Of a stretch of 64,000 nucleotides of DNA, positions 51,231-64,000 are shown in pieces. Under the pieces are notes generated by a model. That model was given only the letters and a program-made list of their open reading frames with translations. It did not search any database and was not told the DNA's origin. The position numbers were made by a program, and so were the translations under genes. Origin of the DNA: Octopus sinensis (lineage: Eukaryota); assembly GCF_006345805.1 (NCBI RefSeq), contig NC_043018.1, forward strand, positions 18,166,001 to 18,230,000, read 5' to 3'. Numbering within the stretch: the stretch's first letter is position 1; each line of letters opens with the position of its first letter.

Positions 51231-53126
51231 AGTTGTAACGTAAGGTGTTTGCACACCCTAGAATACGTTGATAACGTTTCCAACAAATCATGAACACTTC
51301 ACATCCTCAGTTCTCCCTTTCTAACATAAAACTGGATCTTTGCTCCTGGAAAACGCTTTAGTAAAAACAAATCCTGAACAAAAATAAAATAAAATAAATA
51401 TAAATGTATAAATACAAATATTAAATAAAGAATAAAAACTATCTTTGATCTTCACAGTAAATCAACAAAGGTAAGCAGTTTGTCTTTTGTAAGGAAGAGA
51501 CGAACTCAGGCACTTATCACGCTTTGTGTGGAATAAATTCAAACGACGTGGGGTTGTGCACATATTTCCTCGTGTCGTTAAGAATAAACTGATCGTTATC
51601 AATCTAATGTATTGGTTAAATCTGATCCTGTTTGCTTTGGTTTTCAAACTAAGCCTTGAACATTAAAGCCAATAATCGCTTTCGCAATTCCGAAAAGAAA
51701 TTGAAAAAAAAAATGAATAAATATATAAAAAAGAAAGGAAAGAAAAATTGTATGTCAGCAGAAAACGCCATTTTTCTTTTCTGCTTTGTCAAGCGTCTTT
51801 CATTGCCAGAGGGAAAGAAAAACAGTATTGTTATTATAAAAAGATTCACGAGTTTTGTTGTATTTTAACTTCGTGTTGTTGTTTCTTGCGGGAAGGTATA
51901 TGTCTGTGTGTGTGTCTGTGTGTGCATGACGTATTTAAATTAAGGGTAAGAGAAAAAAAATCAATTTGACAAATTGTATTAAACTATTTGAAAAATAACA
52001 ATAAAATCGTTTAATATAATTTAAAATGTTTGCCTCAAGTCCCTTTCAATATTAGTTCATTCTTTGCTTGTTTTTCGTTTTCATTTTTTTTCCTTTAAGA
52101 AGCTTTATCCTTTCTTTTCAGTTTAGCAGATCCAATTTATCGCTGGAATGCATCGGGGAGATTCTAGATAGTCGCCATCTTTTATTTTAATGTAGCCAGA
52201 TATTATTTTGTAATCAAAATGGATGGACGCCAAACAGTCATCGTTGCAACAATTTTTCGCCATTTAATAGTCTTTTAGAAATTCTTTCACACTAAAAGCA
52301 CATAAATGACTTTCTTTTATCGAAATTATTTTAAGAAATCGGTGATAATAATGATAATAACAACAACAAATACAACATAATTTTCAACTTTATTGATACT
52401 CTTGTTCGTTTTTGCCAGACAATGAGAAGGTTAAACAAATTTCAAAAACTAAAAGGAAACAAGAAGGTCAAACTAAACAGGAAATACTAACTATACGATA
52501 GACTGAATGACTTATACAAACAATGTAGTTTGCGTCCTTTCGATTGGCAACACCAAGAAACAGTAGTTTATTGTCGTATTTTCATGTGGTATCGTAATAT
52601 TTTGCATTTCATCCTTTAGGGTTGATACGCTTAGTAGCAGACCAATGCAGGTTCGATGTAATATCTGACGGCTGCCCTCCTTAATGTTCCCCCAGCATAT
52701 AGCCTGTGTATAATAACTAGTAATACGACTTGGTACGGTGGTAATCTATCCACTATAATGGAAGCTGACTGGATAATGATAATGATAATCTCCATGGAAC
52801 TCTAACCTATACAGTAGCTGTGCTTCTAACTATACACACAACATATATGTGTATACAAGTATATATATGTACACACGCACATACATACATACATACATAC
52901 ATACATGCATACATACATATACACATATGTACATACATATATATACACACATATGCATACTCATATATTATATTCATATTTATGCACACACACGTATACA
53001 TATATGTGTGTGTATGCGTATGTATGTGTAACAGCACAGGGATTGATGGAGATTTTCCCTTATTTTTCCTCTTTTTTCTTTGGACTTCCCTGTTTCCAAC
53101 GATGAGCTATGCCCGAAATGTTAACA

Positions 53127-53311
53127 ACGTAGGCGCAGGAGTGGCTGTGTGGTAAGTAGCTTGCTTACCAACCACATGGTTCTGAGTTCAGTGCCACTGT
53201 GTGACAGCTTGGGCAAATGTCTTCTACTATAGCCTCTGTCTGACCAAAGCCTTGTGAGGGGATTTGGTAGACGGAAACTGAAAGAAGCCTGTCGTATATA
53301 TGTATATATAC

Positions 53312-53379
<68 letters not shown>

Positions 53380-53382
53380 GTG

Positions 53383-53430
<48 letters not shown>

Positions 53431-53445
53431 CATATATATATACAC
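53127..53445 (+). mobile_element. SINE-C head and core followed by a long (TA)n, tail absent
   Basis: AGGCGCAGGAGTGGCTGTGTGGTAAG...GAAAGAAGCCTGTCG(TA)n. Confidence 0.85.
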
Positions 53446-53595
53446 ATATATTATTGCGTGGATATATACCTCTTAAAGGGATGCTAGCATCCAAGTTCCC
53501 AAGTTTTTATCCAGTGTATCGGAGAGGTACTAAAAATATCATTGATCAATGATAAATGAATCCATTGAGATGTGATTCCGTTTTATATCGATTTC

Positions 53596-53690
53596 TAACC
53601 CTGATGAAATATTCAATTAACTATATTCAAATGCATCATAGTTTAATTTTGTTATTTGAATTTATTGAGTATGGAAACAATTGTCGGTTG
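53596..53690 (+). ncRNA. Type I hammerhead with extended helix II
   Basis: UAACC-CUGAUGA-[66-nt hairpin]-GAAAC-AAUU-GUC^GGUUG. The helix II closing pair is A.G. Confidence 0.6.
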
Positions 53691-54224
53691 TAAGGAACTG
53701 AGAGTATTCGTAATTGGAGTTCTATTAATAAATTGATGTTATATCTGTCGATTTCTCCATATCGATAGATAGACAGACAAATAGATAGATAGACAGAGAG
53801 AGAGACAGAGACGGAGAGATGACACTCGTACATATATATTATCAATCAGTGGGTGAGGATAGTACATAAAATCATAAGATTCATAGCTAACTTATATACT
53901 GAAGTGATATAACCATTTCCATGACACCGATTCACCGTGGCGAATAAAATTTGGTTTAAATTTCCATTTGAAAAAATGGAAACTTTGTTTAACAAAATGT
54001 ACAGTCTTGCAACAAATCTGACCCTTTAAGGAACCTAGTATATTTTCCAGTTTAAGAAGGCAGGAACTGAGAACAAATCTCTTCCTTTCTGGGAATAGTA
54101 ATTGATTTTTAAACCCTATTAAAACAGAGTGTAGTGATAATTATAGTTGTATTATTCATACAATACTGCGAAAAATAACTAAATCAAGGAATCAAAGCCG
54201 ATATCCTCGAGGGTAGTTTACATA

Positions 54225-55540
54225 CACACACACACAACCGGGGTTAATATAATTCCAGAGTGTCCAAATTAGTGCCCCCAAGATTTTGGGGGCACCACGT
54301 AAGCAAATTAGTAAATTAGGGTCCACAGTAGCATTCTAAAGCTCGATGGAAAAATTTTGCTTTTGAAGTATTTATTGTAAGAAATAGATTTCTTTCTCTC
54401 ATGTTTCAATTTACACAATCTAACGTCTGAAAAACCAAAATATGAATTTTGAAAGTAGTTTCTATAAAACTAGTTTTTAAACATCAAATGGCCGTGGTGG
54501 GGGTCCACTAGAATGAAATAGTATTGAAAGGGGTCCTTAGGTAAAAAAAATGGTTGGGAACCACGTTTTAAATGGTTCAGCCAACATAAGAGAATGTGTG
54601 AAAAACCAAAATAGGAATTTTGAAAGAAGTTTCTATAAAACAAGATTTTAGACATCAAATGGTCGTGTTGGGTCCACTAGAATGAAATAGTATTGAAAGG
54701 GGTCGACAGATAAAAAAATGGTTGAGAACTACCTCTTATATGGCTAACACAAGAGAATGTGTGCAAAAAAAATTGGGATTTTGACAGAAGTTTCTATAAA
54801 ACTAGATTTTAGACATCAAATGGTCGTGTTGGGTCCACTAAAATGAAATAGTATTGAAAGGTGTCTACAGATAGAAAAATGGTTGAGAACTACCTCTTAT
54901 ATGGCTAACACAAGAGAATGTGTACAGAAAAAATTGGGATTTTGACAGAAGTTTCTATAAAACTAGATTTTAGACATCAAATGGTCGTGTTGGGTCCACT
55001 AGAATGAAATAGTATTGAAAGGTGTCTACAGATAAAAAAATGGTTGAGAACCATGTCTTATATGGCTAACACAAGAGAATGTGTACAAAAAAAATTGGGA
55101 TTTTGACAGAAGTTTCTATAAAACTAGATTTTAGACATCAAATGATCGTGTTGGGTCCACTAAAATGAAATAGTATTGAAAGGTGTCTACAGATAGAAAA
55201 ATGGTTGAGAACTACCTCTTATATGGCTAGCACAAGAGAATGTGTACAAAAAAAATTGGGATTTTGACAGAAGTTTCTATAAAACTAGATTTTAGACATC
55301 AAATGGTCGTGTTGGGTCCACTAGAATGAAATAGTATTGAAAGGTGTCTACAGATAAAAAAATGGTTGAGAACCATGTCTTATATGGCTAACACAAGAGA
55401 ATGTGTACAAAAAAAAATAGGGATTTTGACAGAAGTTTCTATAAAACTAGATTTTAAACACCCAATGGTTACGAGAGTTCGCCAAAGTAAAATGGTAATT
55501 GAAGAGGTCCTTAGGTAAAATATGATTGCAAACCTCTGAT
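54225..55540 (+). repeat. hAT-type MITE whose 3' end is amplified as a 161-bp tandem array (about 6.5 units)
   Basis: AAATGGTCGTGTTGGGTCCAC recurs at about 54486, 54657, 54818, 54979, 55140, 55301 and 55464. Each unit contains the TIR-like GGTTGAGAAC(C/T)A. Confidence 0.85.
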
Positions 55541-55925
55541 TTATCTGAACTACCTGTGTATAATTCTCAATCTTTGACAATTCGCAATCATTCTAAAAGA
55601 ACAAGAGACAAAGGAATATAAATGGTTTTTCAGCATTCTCGTAATTTCATAGCATAATTCCTATCCATTTATTTTTAATATATTCTGTATTCTCAATTTC
55701 TCTTTGGTTATTTCCCCGCTTTATTTTTGTTCATCAATTTTATTATTTATAATATTTGGTTCATTTCATTTTTGGTAATGACAAGTGACAATTAAAATTC
55801 GAAATAATTACACAAACAATATTCAATTACTTCCAGCGAATAAAAAACTGGAACTCTGTATGTATGTATGTATGTATGTATATAGGTATGCATACATGCA
55901 TCTATTCACACACACACACATATAA

Positions 55926-55973
<48 letters not shown>

Positions 55974-56060
55974 ATAATATATTATATATATATATATGCA
56001 TGTGTGCTTGTCTCTCTGCGATTGTGCATATATACATACGGATATGTATATGCGTATGTG

Positions 56061-56098
<38 letters not shown>

Positions 56099-56298
56099 TA
56101 TGCACAGTCATACACACACATACACAAACACAAACATACAGAAACACGCAGACATACACACGCACACACTCACATAGAGAAAGGGATTTATGAACTTTGT
56201 TTCATTAAATATTTTATATTTCTTTGTTCAAAGTTTATCACCATGGAAACGGATCGTACAATTTCTCTTCCACCACATATATATATATAATATATATA

Positions 56299-56442
<144 letters not shown>

Positions 56443-56749
56443 ACAAAATTAATAACATATTCAAGAACACATTCCATTATTTCATTAGAAATGATTGCAG
56501 TTTTATGTCGCATTCTTTCTGCCTGTCGTCTGTTATATTCCATGTCGTCTGTTTCCATGTATTTCTATGTTTTTACTGCTGCAGCGTTCATTCATGCCGT
56601 TTAGCTGTTCTGATGGGTTCTCTATTTTGTTATCTTTAGATTTGTGTTTCATGAATGAATCTCGAAACCTGAGACCGTTCCTACTTAAGGAGAGGTTACG
56701 CTCGACTGTTCCTTCTCCATTTTCGAAAATTGGCCTTTTACCTGTTAAC

Positions 56750-56981
56750 CTTTACTTGTTTACCTGTTTAGGAGACTGCGGCCATACTGCAGCACCGCCT
56801 TGAAAGGTATTTAGTCGGATGAATAGATCCGAGGACTTATTTTCTACAAAACTGGCATATACATATCGGTCTTTTTTTACCGAACCGCAAAGTTACAGAT
56901 ACGTAAACTAGTCCAACCAATATGTCAAGCGGCAGTGGGGGACTGACAGAGACATAACGACACAAAAACATATATATATAT

Positions 56982-57029
<48 letters not shown>

Positions 57030-57200
57030 CTAGCTAGCTAGCTAGATAGATTGATAGATAGATATACATGTGTACATATATATATATAAACACACGCACA
57101 CACGATGGACTTCTTTCAGTTTCTAAGTCCATGCACAAAGCTTTGGTCGACTTGTGGCTTTATTTGAAGAAATTTGCCCAAGGTGTCACTGTGGAACGCG
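56750..57200 (-). mobile_element. Diverged SINE-C with internal (TA)/(GATA)n
   Basis: GACTGCGGCCATACTGCAGCACCGCC tail and CTTCTTTCAGTTTC core. Confidence 0.65.
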
Positions 57201-57224
57201 CCACCAGTGTTATCTAAGGGAAAG

Positions 57225-57420
57225 GGAAAGGCAAAGGGGCCGATACAGCTTGGCACCTGTGACGTCGCAACTCAATTAATTCTACAGCTGAGTGAACTGG
57301 AGCAACGTGAAATAAAGTATCTTGCTCAAGAACATAACATGCAGCCCGGTCCGTGATTGGAACTCACAACCTCGCGATCGTAAGCTCGACGCTCTAACGA
57401 CTGAGCCATGCGTCTTCACT
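57225..57420 (-). mobile_element. SINE family D with a different tail
   Basis: GAACTGGAGCAACGTGAAATAAAGTATCTTGCTCAAG core; GTGAAGACGCATGGCTCAGTCGTTAG head on the minus strand. Confidence 0.7.
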
Positions 57421-57455
57421 CACTCACACACACACACACATATTATATATATATA

Positions 57456-57589
<134 letters not shown>

Positions 57590-57633
57590 GGAGACATTTG
57601 CCCATATATGTGCGCGCGTGTGTGTGTATCGTA

Positions 57634-57888
57634 GACCCCCACGCAGAAGATATATTTCTTTACTACCCAAAGGGGCTAAAAACAGAGGGGACAAACAAAG
57701 ACTGACAAACGGATTAAGTCGATTACATCGACCCCAGTGCGTAACTGGTACTTAATTTATCGACCCCAAAAGGATGAAAGGCAAAGTCGACCTCGGCGGA
57801 ATTTGAACTCAGAACATAACAGCACAGACGAAATACGGCTACCCATTTCGCCCGGCGCGCTAACGTTTCTGCCAGCTTTCCGCCTTGA
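57634..57888 (-). mobile_element. SINE-B monomer
   Basis: TATTTCTTTACTACCC tail through to head ...CTGCCAGCTTTCCGCCTT. Confidence 0.85.
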
Positions 57889-58191
57889 ACCACGCAGAAG
57901 ATAGTTAATGAAATAAAAAGCGTTTAAAAGTTTTATATTTGGCTCGAAATGGAATGAGTAAAACTAATATGCAAATAGCGATGGTCGCCCACTGCACTCC
58001 GATTCTCTTCACACGAACTGAACACCTACAGATCACCTTTAAATAAAAAAAACAGGCCAGCTGAATATGATGCATCAATTTCATGTACAAAAGGCACAGA
58101 TATCTCTCGCAGTAAGCCTCAAACCGTGCAATTCCCGCGAGTGCATGCTCAAACCACCAGCAAGCAGCTAGTCGTATCAACAGCAACCCCA

Positions 58192-58560
58192 GTGGAGGCG
58201 CAATGGCCCAGTGGTTAGGGCAGCGGACTCGCGGTTGGAGCATCGCGGTTTCGATTCCCAGACCGGGCGTTGTGAGTGTTTATTGAGCGAAAACACCTAA
58301 AGCTCCACGAGGCTCCGGCAAGGGGTGGTGGCGACCCCTGTTGTATTCTTTCGCTACAACTTTCTCTCACTCTTTCTTCCTGTTTCTTGTCCCCGACTTC
58401 CTACGCAACCGCTGAGCCTGGATGCGCATTTATCCGTCCGTCGAGACTCTCGGTGTCGGGGGTTGACCTGCTTTCTCTTCTGCGGGTCTTACTAATAGCA
58501 AAGGACCACGCTTCGCACTTCTCCCGGCGCTCAACAAACAAACAAACAAACAAATAAATA
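58192..58560 (+). mobile_element. SINE with family-A head and a third tail ending in (CAAA)n
   Basis: TSD AACAGCAACCCCA(G) at 58179-58192 and 58561-58574. Confidence 0.88.
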
Positions 58561-60402
58561 AACAGCAACCCCAGAACAAATTCTATTCTAAATCCATCCA
58601 CCCCATTCAACACTGAAAAACACGAACAGCGTATAGAAAATTCGAAATAGAATTGTCACATTAATATAGGTCGGTTGGAATATTTTATATATTTAGTGTT
58701 TAACTCTTTGGTTTCAGGTTCAAATCTTGCTATTGACTTTCATCGATTCCATCTCATCCTGTTTATAACATGGTTTTTACACAGTAAATCAGCGTGCTAG
58801 AAACAATGGATTGTCCCAGTCAATGCTTCCATTGTTTTGGCTGTGTATCTTTCTAGTTTTGATTTGCTTCCAGTAGAATCGATTTCGTCTTTTATAATTC
58901 TTGGATATTAAGAAACAACACTCTTGTGGTTATCTAATAACCAATATTTTCTCTACAATTATTTTCACAAAGAAGTTAAGATAAGTATTAAAATCTGAGA
59001 AATAAACATCTCTCATTCACACATTTTTCGGTGTCTTCTTTGATAACAGAAATAAATTATAACTTTTTGGAACCAAGACCATCACTCTTCTAAAGCGGTC
59101 AGCTGGTTGAGTCATTAGCACATCGGACAAATTGCTTAATGACTTTTCTTTCGGCTCTTTACGTTCTGATTTCAACTCCCGCTGAGGGCAACATGTTTTT
59201 CCTCCCTTCGGGCTTGATAAATTAAAATACCAGTCAAGTACTTCAGCTGGCCCCTCCCCTCAAAACTGCTGACCTCGGACGCTGCAGCGTTTTGGCAGAG
59301 AATGTTCTGATCTCGGTCACTTGTAAGAGTAGCCGGCCTTACGAGTCCTAAGTCAGGTTAGATGTGGAGAGCATGCACCGTTTCAGCCCGTTGCTTCATA
59401 TGCCATTTGATGGTATACTCCCAGGCCCTCCTGGGAGACTCATTGAGTAGAGTCCCAGTCCCCATCTCTGAGACATACTTCTTCATCTGCCATGACCATG
59501 GGACATGAAGTCGACCAACAGAAGCCATCAACCCTGATTACCGTGTATGATAAGGCCCAAGAAAAAGAAACAGACATTTTTTCTGTACCGTTAATATCGG
59601 AAAGGATCTTCGGAGAAATTCAAGGACTCCGAAATTGGCGAGTCACTGGTGTTATCACGAAACCCCACTCAGTGTTGAAGAACGAATTAGAGAGTCGATA
59701 AAATTGGCATGGTTCACACATCCAATACTTTTGATAGTCCATTTTGAAAATCACACAGCAAACTCCAATATAAACGGAATTATCACCTGGATTCGGCATA
59801 AAGTTAATTGATATTTCTCCCAGTATTATTGCTTGCCACACCAGTGACAGGTGAAACAGAATCGGTTGGAGTGCAATCATGGCTGTTTTTCTACTTTCGC
59901 TTCTCACTGTGTGTAGCATCTCTATACAATGTGTTCGATATTAATTCATGTTCGATATTGAGTTTGTCCGATGTGTCAACGATTTAGTCAGCTGGTCGCC
60001 TTAAAAAAGGGATTTTTTTCCATCTTTTAATACCTGTCTTAACTTCTTTATGAATGTCCCTGTAGTAAAAATACTGGTTGCTATATAACCGCATGACTTG
60101 TTAATATCCAAGAATTATAAAAAACGAGAGAAATCGAATCAAAATCAGAAGGATTCATAGTTAAGGGAATGGAAGTATTGATTGGAGCAATCCATTGTTT
60201 CTGTTATGCTGATCTATGATGTAAAAACTATGTTACAAAAGATATACGGCACGGGTTGGAGTGAACGAAAGTCAATGGCAAGATTTGAACCTGAAACCCA
60301 ACAGTTAGACAGGAAAAGTATACCGACCGACCTTTTCAAGCAAAACAGCAGAACGTAGAACACTTTAAGAACAGTTTAAGATCTTAATTATATGATTAGT
60401 AG

Positions 60403-60787
60403 GTGGAGGCGCAATGGCCCAGTGGTTAGAGGAGCGGACTCGCGGTCATAGGATCGCGGTTTCGATTCCCAGACCGGGCGTTGTGAGTGTTTATTGAGCG
60501 AAAACACCTAAAGCTCCACGAGGCTCCGGCAGGGGATTGTGGTGATCCCTGCTGTACTCTTTCACCACAACTTTCTCTCACTCTTACTTCCTGTTTCTGT
60601 TGTACCTGTATTTCAAAGGGCCGGCCTTGTCACTCTCTGTGTCACGCTGAATATCCCCGAGAACTGCGTTAAGGGTACACGTGTCTGTGGAGTGCTCAGC
60701 CACTTACACGTTAATTTCACGAGCAGGCTGTTCCGTTGATTCGAATCAACCGGAACCCTCATCGTCGTAACCGACGGAGTGCTTCCC
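60403..60787 (+). mobile_element. SINE family A, full length
   Basis: 12-bp TSD TATATGATTAGT at 60389-60400 and 60788-60799. Confidence 0.92.
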
Positions 60788-61199
60788 TATATGATTAGTC
60801 TATATTGTTATTCATGATGTTTAGTGAATTACGGTTCAGGTTTGATTTTGTTTTCCTCAATCAGGAATCGATCAGATATGTATCAATACTATTTCTAATA
60901 GCTGGGCGGATATAACGCACCAAGCTAGCAGAATTATAACCACGCCGGGAAAAAAAACTTGTTCCGGCTTGACGTTCCCGAGTTCAAATACTGCCGAGGT
61001 TGCCTTTTCCTTGTACCCTTTCGGAGTTGATAAAATAAGTACCAGTTGAGCATTGGGATCGATGTAACCAACTCAGCCCTTCCCCTGAAATTACTGGCCT
61101 TGTGCCATAATTTGAAACCAATTCTTTGAAAGGAATTAGTGAGAGAGGCTTGGAGAACGAGGTAAGATTTCCCTTTTCTTTTTTGTCACGTTTAATATA

Positions 61200-61598
61200 C
61201 TCTTTACTCTTTACTCTTTTACTTGTTTCAGTCATTTGACTGCGGCCATGCTGGAGCACCGCCTTTAATCGAGCAACTCGACCCCGGGACTTATTCTTTT
61301 GTAGACCTAGTACTTATTCTATCGGTCTCTTTTGCCGAACCGCTAAGTAACGGGGACATAAACACATCAGCATCGGTTGTCAAGCAATGCTAGGGGGACA
61401 GACACACAAACACACGCACATACATATATATATATACATATATACGACAGGCTTCTTTCAGTTTCCGTCTACCAAATCCACTCACAAGGCATTGGTCGGC
61501 CCGGGGCTATAGCAGAAGACACTTGCCCAAGATGTCACGCAGTGGGACTGAACCCGGAACCATGTGGTTGGTTAGCAAGCTACTTACCACACAGCCAC
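61200..61598 (-). mobile_element. SINE family C, full length
   Basis: Near-identical to 45222-45625 apart from the microsatellite. Confidence 0.9.
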
Positions 61599-62032
61599 AA
61601 TTGCTGAACTATGGCGTCGTCGACCACACGTTGTCAGCGGGCAATTCAGTCGCTCAATGAGCATTTCCAATAGTTACAGCTGCCAATGAAGTGTTTGCAA
61701 CTCGGTGCAAAACTATTATCTCAAGGGATTTCGCCTCCGATGGGCAGAATAGCGACGTCATCTCTCGTGGACAGACAGTCAAAAATTAAGAGTTTAGTTC
61801 GCAAACATACGAACCAGCAATCTCTCAGTTGTTTCTCGGTGACGTCATGAGTACCAGACAACATCTGTTTTATCTGAGCTTGTTTTATATTTTTATTAAA
61901 CGAATTCTATGGAGAATCACATTCTGAATAATATATGAAGAATGTGTTTAGGTATATCTCTATTCGTTACAGACAACTTAGCGTCATAAATCTTCTGTTC
62001 TGCTTATGGAACAATTGTAAAATTGCTTTGAA

Positions 62033-62100
<68 letters not shown>

Positions 62101-62106
62101 GATAAA

Positions 62107-62321
62107 AAAATATTCAGACAAATACATAACAAAAACACCAGGACTTACAAACACATATAACATACAGAAAATTGCACTACTAGGCACTGCACACATCCTA
62201 CGCAGAACACTTTCCATACAATAACCATCAGAGCATCACAACAAATCACAGCACATACCCAAGGCACACAGAGCTGCGCTCGGTAGTGAAGTGAAAGCAC
62301 GCTATAAAAATAAAACTACTG
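62107..62321 (+). mobile_element. R4/Dong 3'-terminal mini-element within (AAT)n
   Basis: In-frame KYSDKYITKTPGLTNTYNIQKIALLGTAHILRRTLSIQ* plus 3' UTR. Confidence 0.85.
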
Positions 62322-62349
62322 AATAATAATGATAATAATAATAATAATA

Positions 62350-62405
<56 letters not shown>

Positions 62406-62479
62406 TAGGATGGAAGATTGCAAAGGTAAAGCACTGTACAAAGACTTGAGAATGAATGAAACTGAAAAATGGAACAAAT

Positions 62480-62636
62480 AGGGGGGGTTGCAATAAGGGT
62501 GAAACACCTGCAGAAAACAGTACTGCGTGGAACCGCTCCGGATGGTGCTCGAAAAATAAGAGGTGTTACCTTAGTTCACTGGTAGTGAACAGCTGGCATC
62601 GTAGTACATCTCCAGCGTTAGAACCTGTGTAAAGAC
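62480..62636 (+). mobile_element. 3' end of a second R4/Dong subfamily with (AAT)n tail
   Basis: RVKHLQKTVLRGTA / RMVLEK* and 3' UTR, followed by (AAT)n. Confidence 0.65.
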
Positions 62637-62953
62637 AATAATAATAATAATAATAAAATAATAATAATAATAATATAATAATAATAATAATAATAATAAT
62701 GAAATGAGACGTCAAATTCGGAACTGGTGCGACAGAGGCTCGCGTTCTCATATCATCCAGTCTACTCCATCTCTGTTCAGGTGTCTCCTCAACTCACCGC
62801 TGATGCTTTGAGAGGGTCTTTTGACTCTGGCACCCAAATGAAATACTTACACACATGCATACACAAACTCTTTGCCCTAGGAGTCGGGAAGACACTCGGC
62901 AAGAAATGGAAGCAAATTTGAAAGAAGAAAAAAAAATAATAATAATAATAATA

Positions 62954-63014
<61 letters not shown>

Positions 63015-64000
63015 TAATAATAATAATGATAAAGTTGAGGATCTTTACGACGAATTTATTGTGAATCCTATCACGTCACTGAATAATAAATTGTTCGTTG
63101 TGCTTTATTGTATATTTCTGACAATAACATCTGTTTTTCAATTTCTTTGCACTATACTTAAATCATATATGTAAATACAAACGATTTTACCAATTCTTTC
63201 TTCCGTTTTTCTTTTTCTTTTTTCAATAATCTCAGAATATGAAAGAGTGTATTTTGAACGAGAGTTGTCAACTGTCGCTACTAATGAAAATATACAAGCC
63301 TTCCTTGCCTCGCGGCAAAACTCCTAATGGAGGGATATTATTAGATCTATCGTGAGAGAAACAGTACGAAATAGGGAGAGAAGAAAATGGACATTGCAAA
63401 AAATATATCGGATGTTGCAAACAACTCTTTCGTTTTCTTATATTTCTGTATTGATTTTTTCATCGTTTCATCAGCTCTCCAGCCGTGACTTTCCTGTATA
63501 CTTTCTTGGTATAAAATAACACGTAGTTTCTTTATATCAGGTTGAGTAAAAAGTAAGCAACGCTGTGAACGATAAAGAATTTGTACCGGAATTTTGCAGA
63601 GTTTTGAAATTTTTTTAAACATAGTTTTTGAAATTGTCTAATAATACAGACATAGAGAGGATCTTTTCTGTTACTGTTACAGATTTTAAAATTTCAAAGT
63701 TACGTGTAAATTTTCAAATTTGGTATATTGAAGTAATTCTTCACACTGAATGCGATTTTGTAATTCATTTATTCCAGAAAATTTTATTTTTAAATGTAAC
63801 AGAATTTCATAATTTTTGACCAATCAGAAAACAGGATTTGGAAGCTAGCATTTTCTGTGTGAAAGCTGTCTATTACAAAATGAAAGCTAAACATTACAAC
63901 GACGAAATTTTAAACAAAACGAAGGCAAAACATTAGAACGATGAAAGTTGTAAAAAGTTCTGAAGTTTTAGTAAGTTTTATCTGGAGAAGAAAATCTAAA

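Noticed and set aside
59492-59919. Non-repetitive ORFs of 69 and 99 aa (also 63347-63622 and 13819-14139)
   Set aside because: No recognisable domain, and the lengths are expected by chance. Would need a profile search.

Overview
AT-rich, repeat-saturated eukaryotic DNA with one 100-N scaffold gap. I find no convincing host protein-coding gene. The SINE families, dense (TA/CA/TATG/GATA/AAT)n microsatellites and LINE types resemble an octopus (coleoid cephalopod) genome; this is from recall, not a database search. Contents: four tRNA-derived SINE families (my labels A-D); fragments of R4/Dong, RTE, L1/Tx1 and CR1 LINEs; decayed mariner, maT-like and hAT DNA transposons; a Helentron-like non-autonomous element; two foldback palindromes; and a 161-bp satellite built from a hAT MITE end. 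Two signals stand out. (1) Several minimal type I hammerhead ribozyme motifs lie in short non-coding, microsatellite-embedded, Penelope-like elements. One has an intact core and sits beside an 'empty-site' duplicate of its own locus. (2) SINE-B occurs as head+(body)n multimers, up to 6 units, each multimer bounded by a single target-site duplication (TSD). The units always rejoin at the same nucleotide inside a hairpin loop of the tRNA-like head, which suggests RNA cleavage followed by template jumping or circularisation. Almost all ORFs in the supplied track are microsatellite or SINE artefacts. Coordinates were counted by hand; boundaries of degraded elements are approximate.
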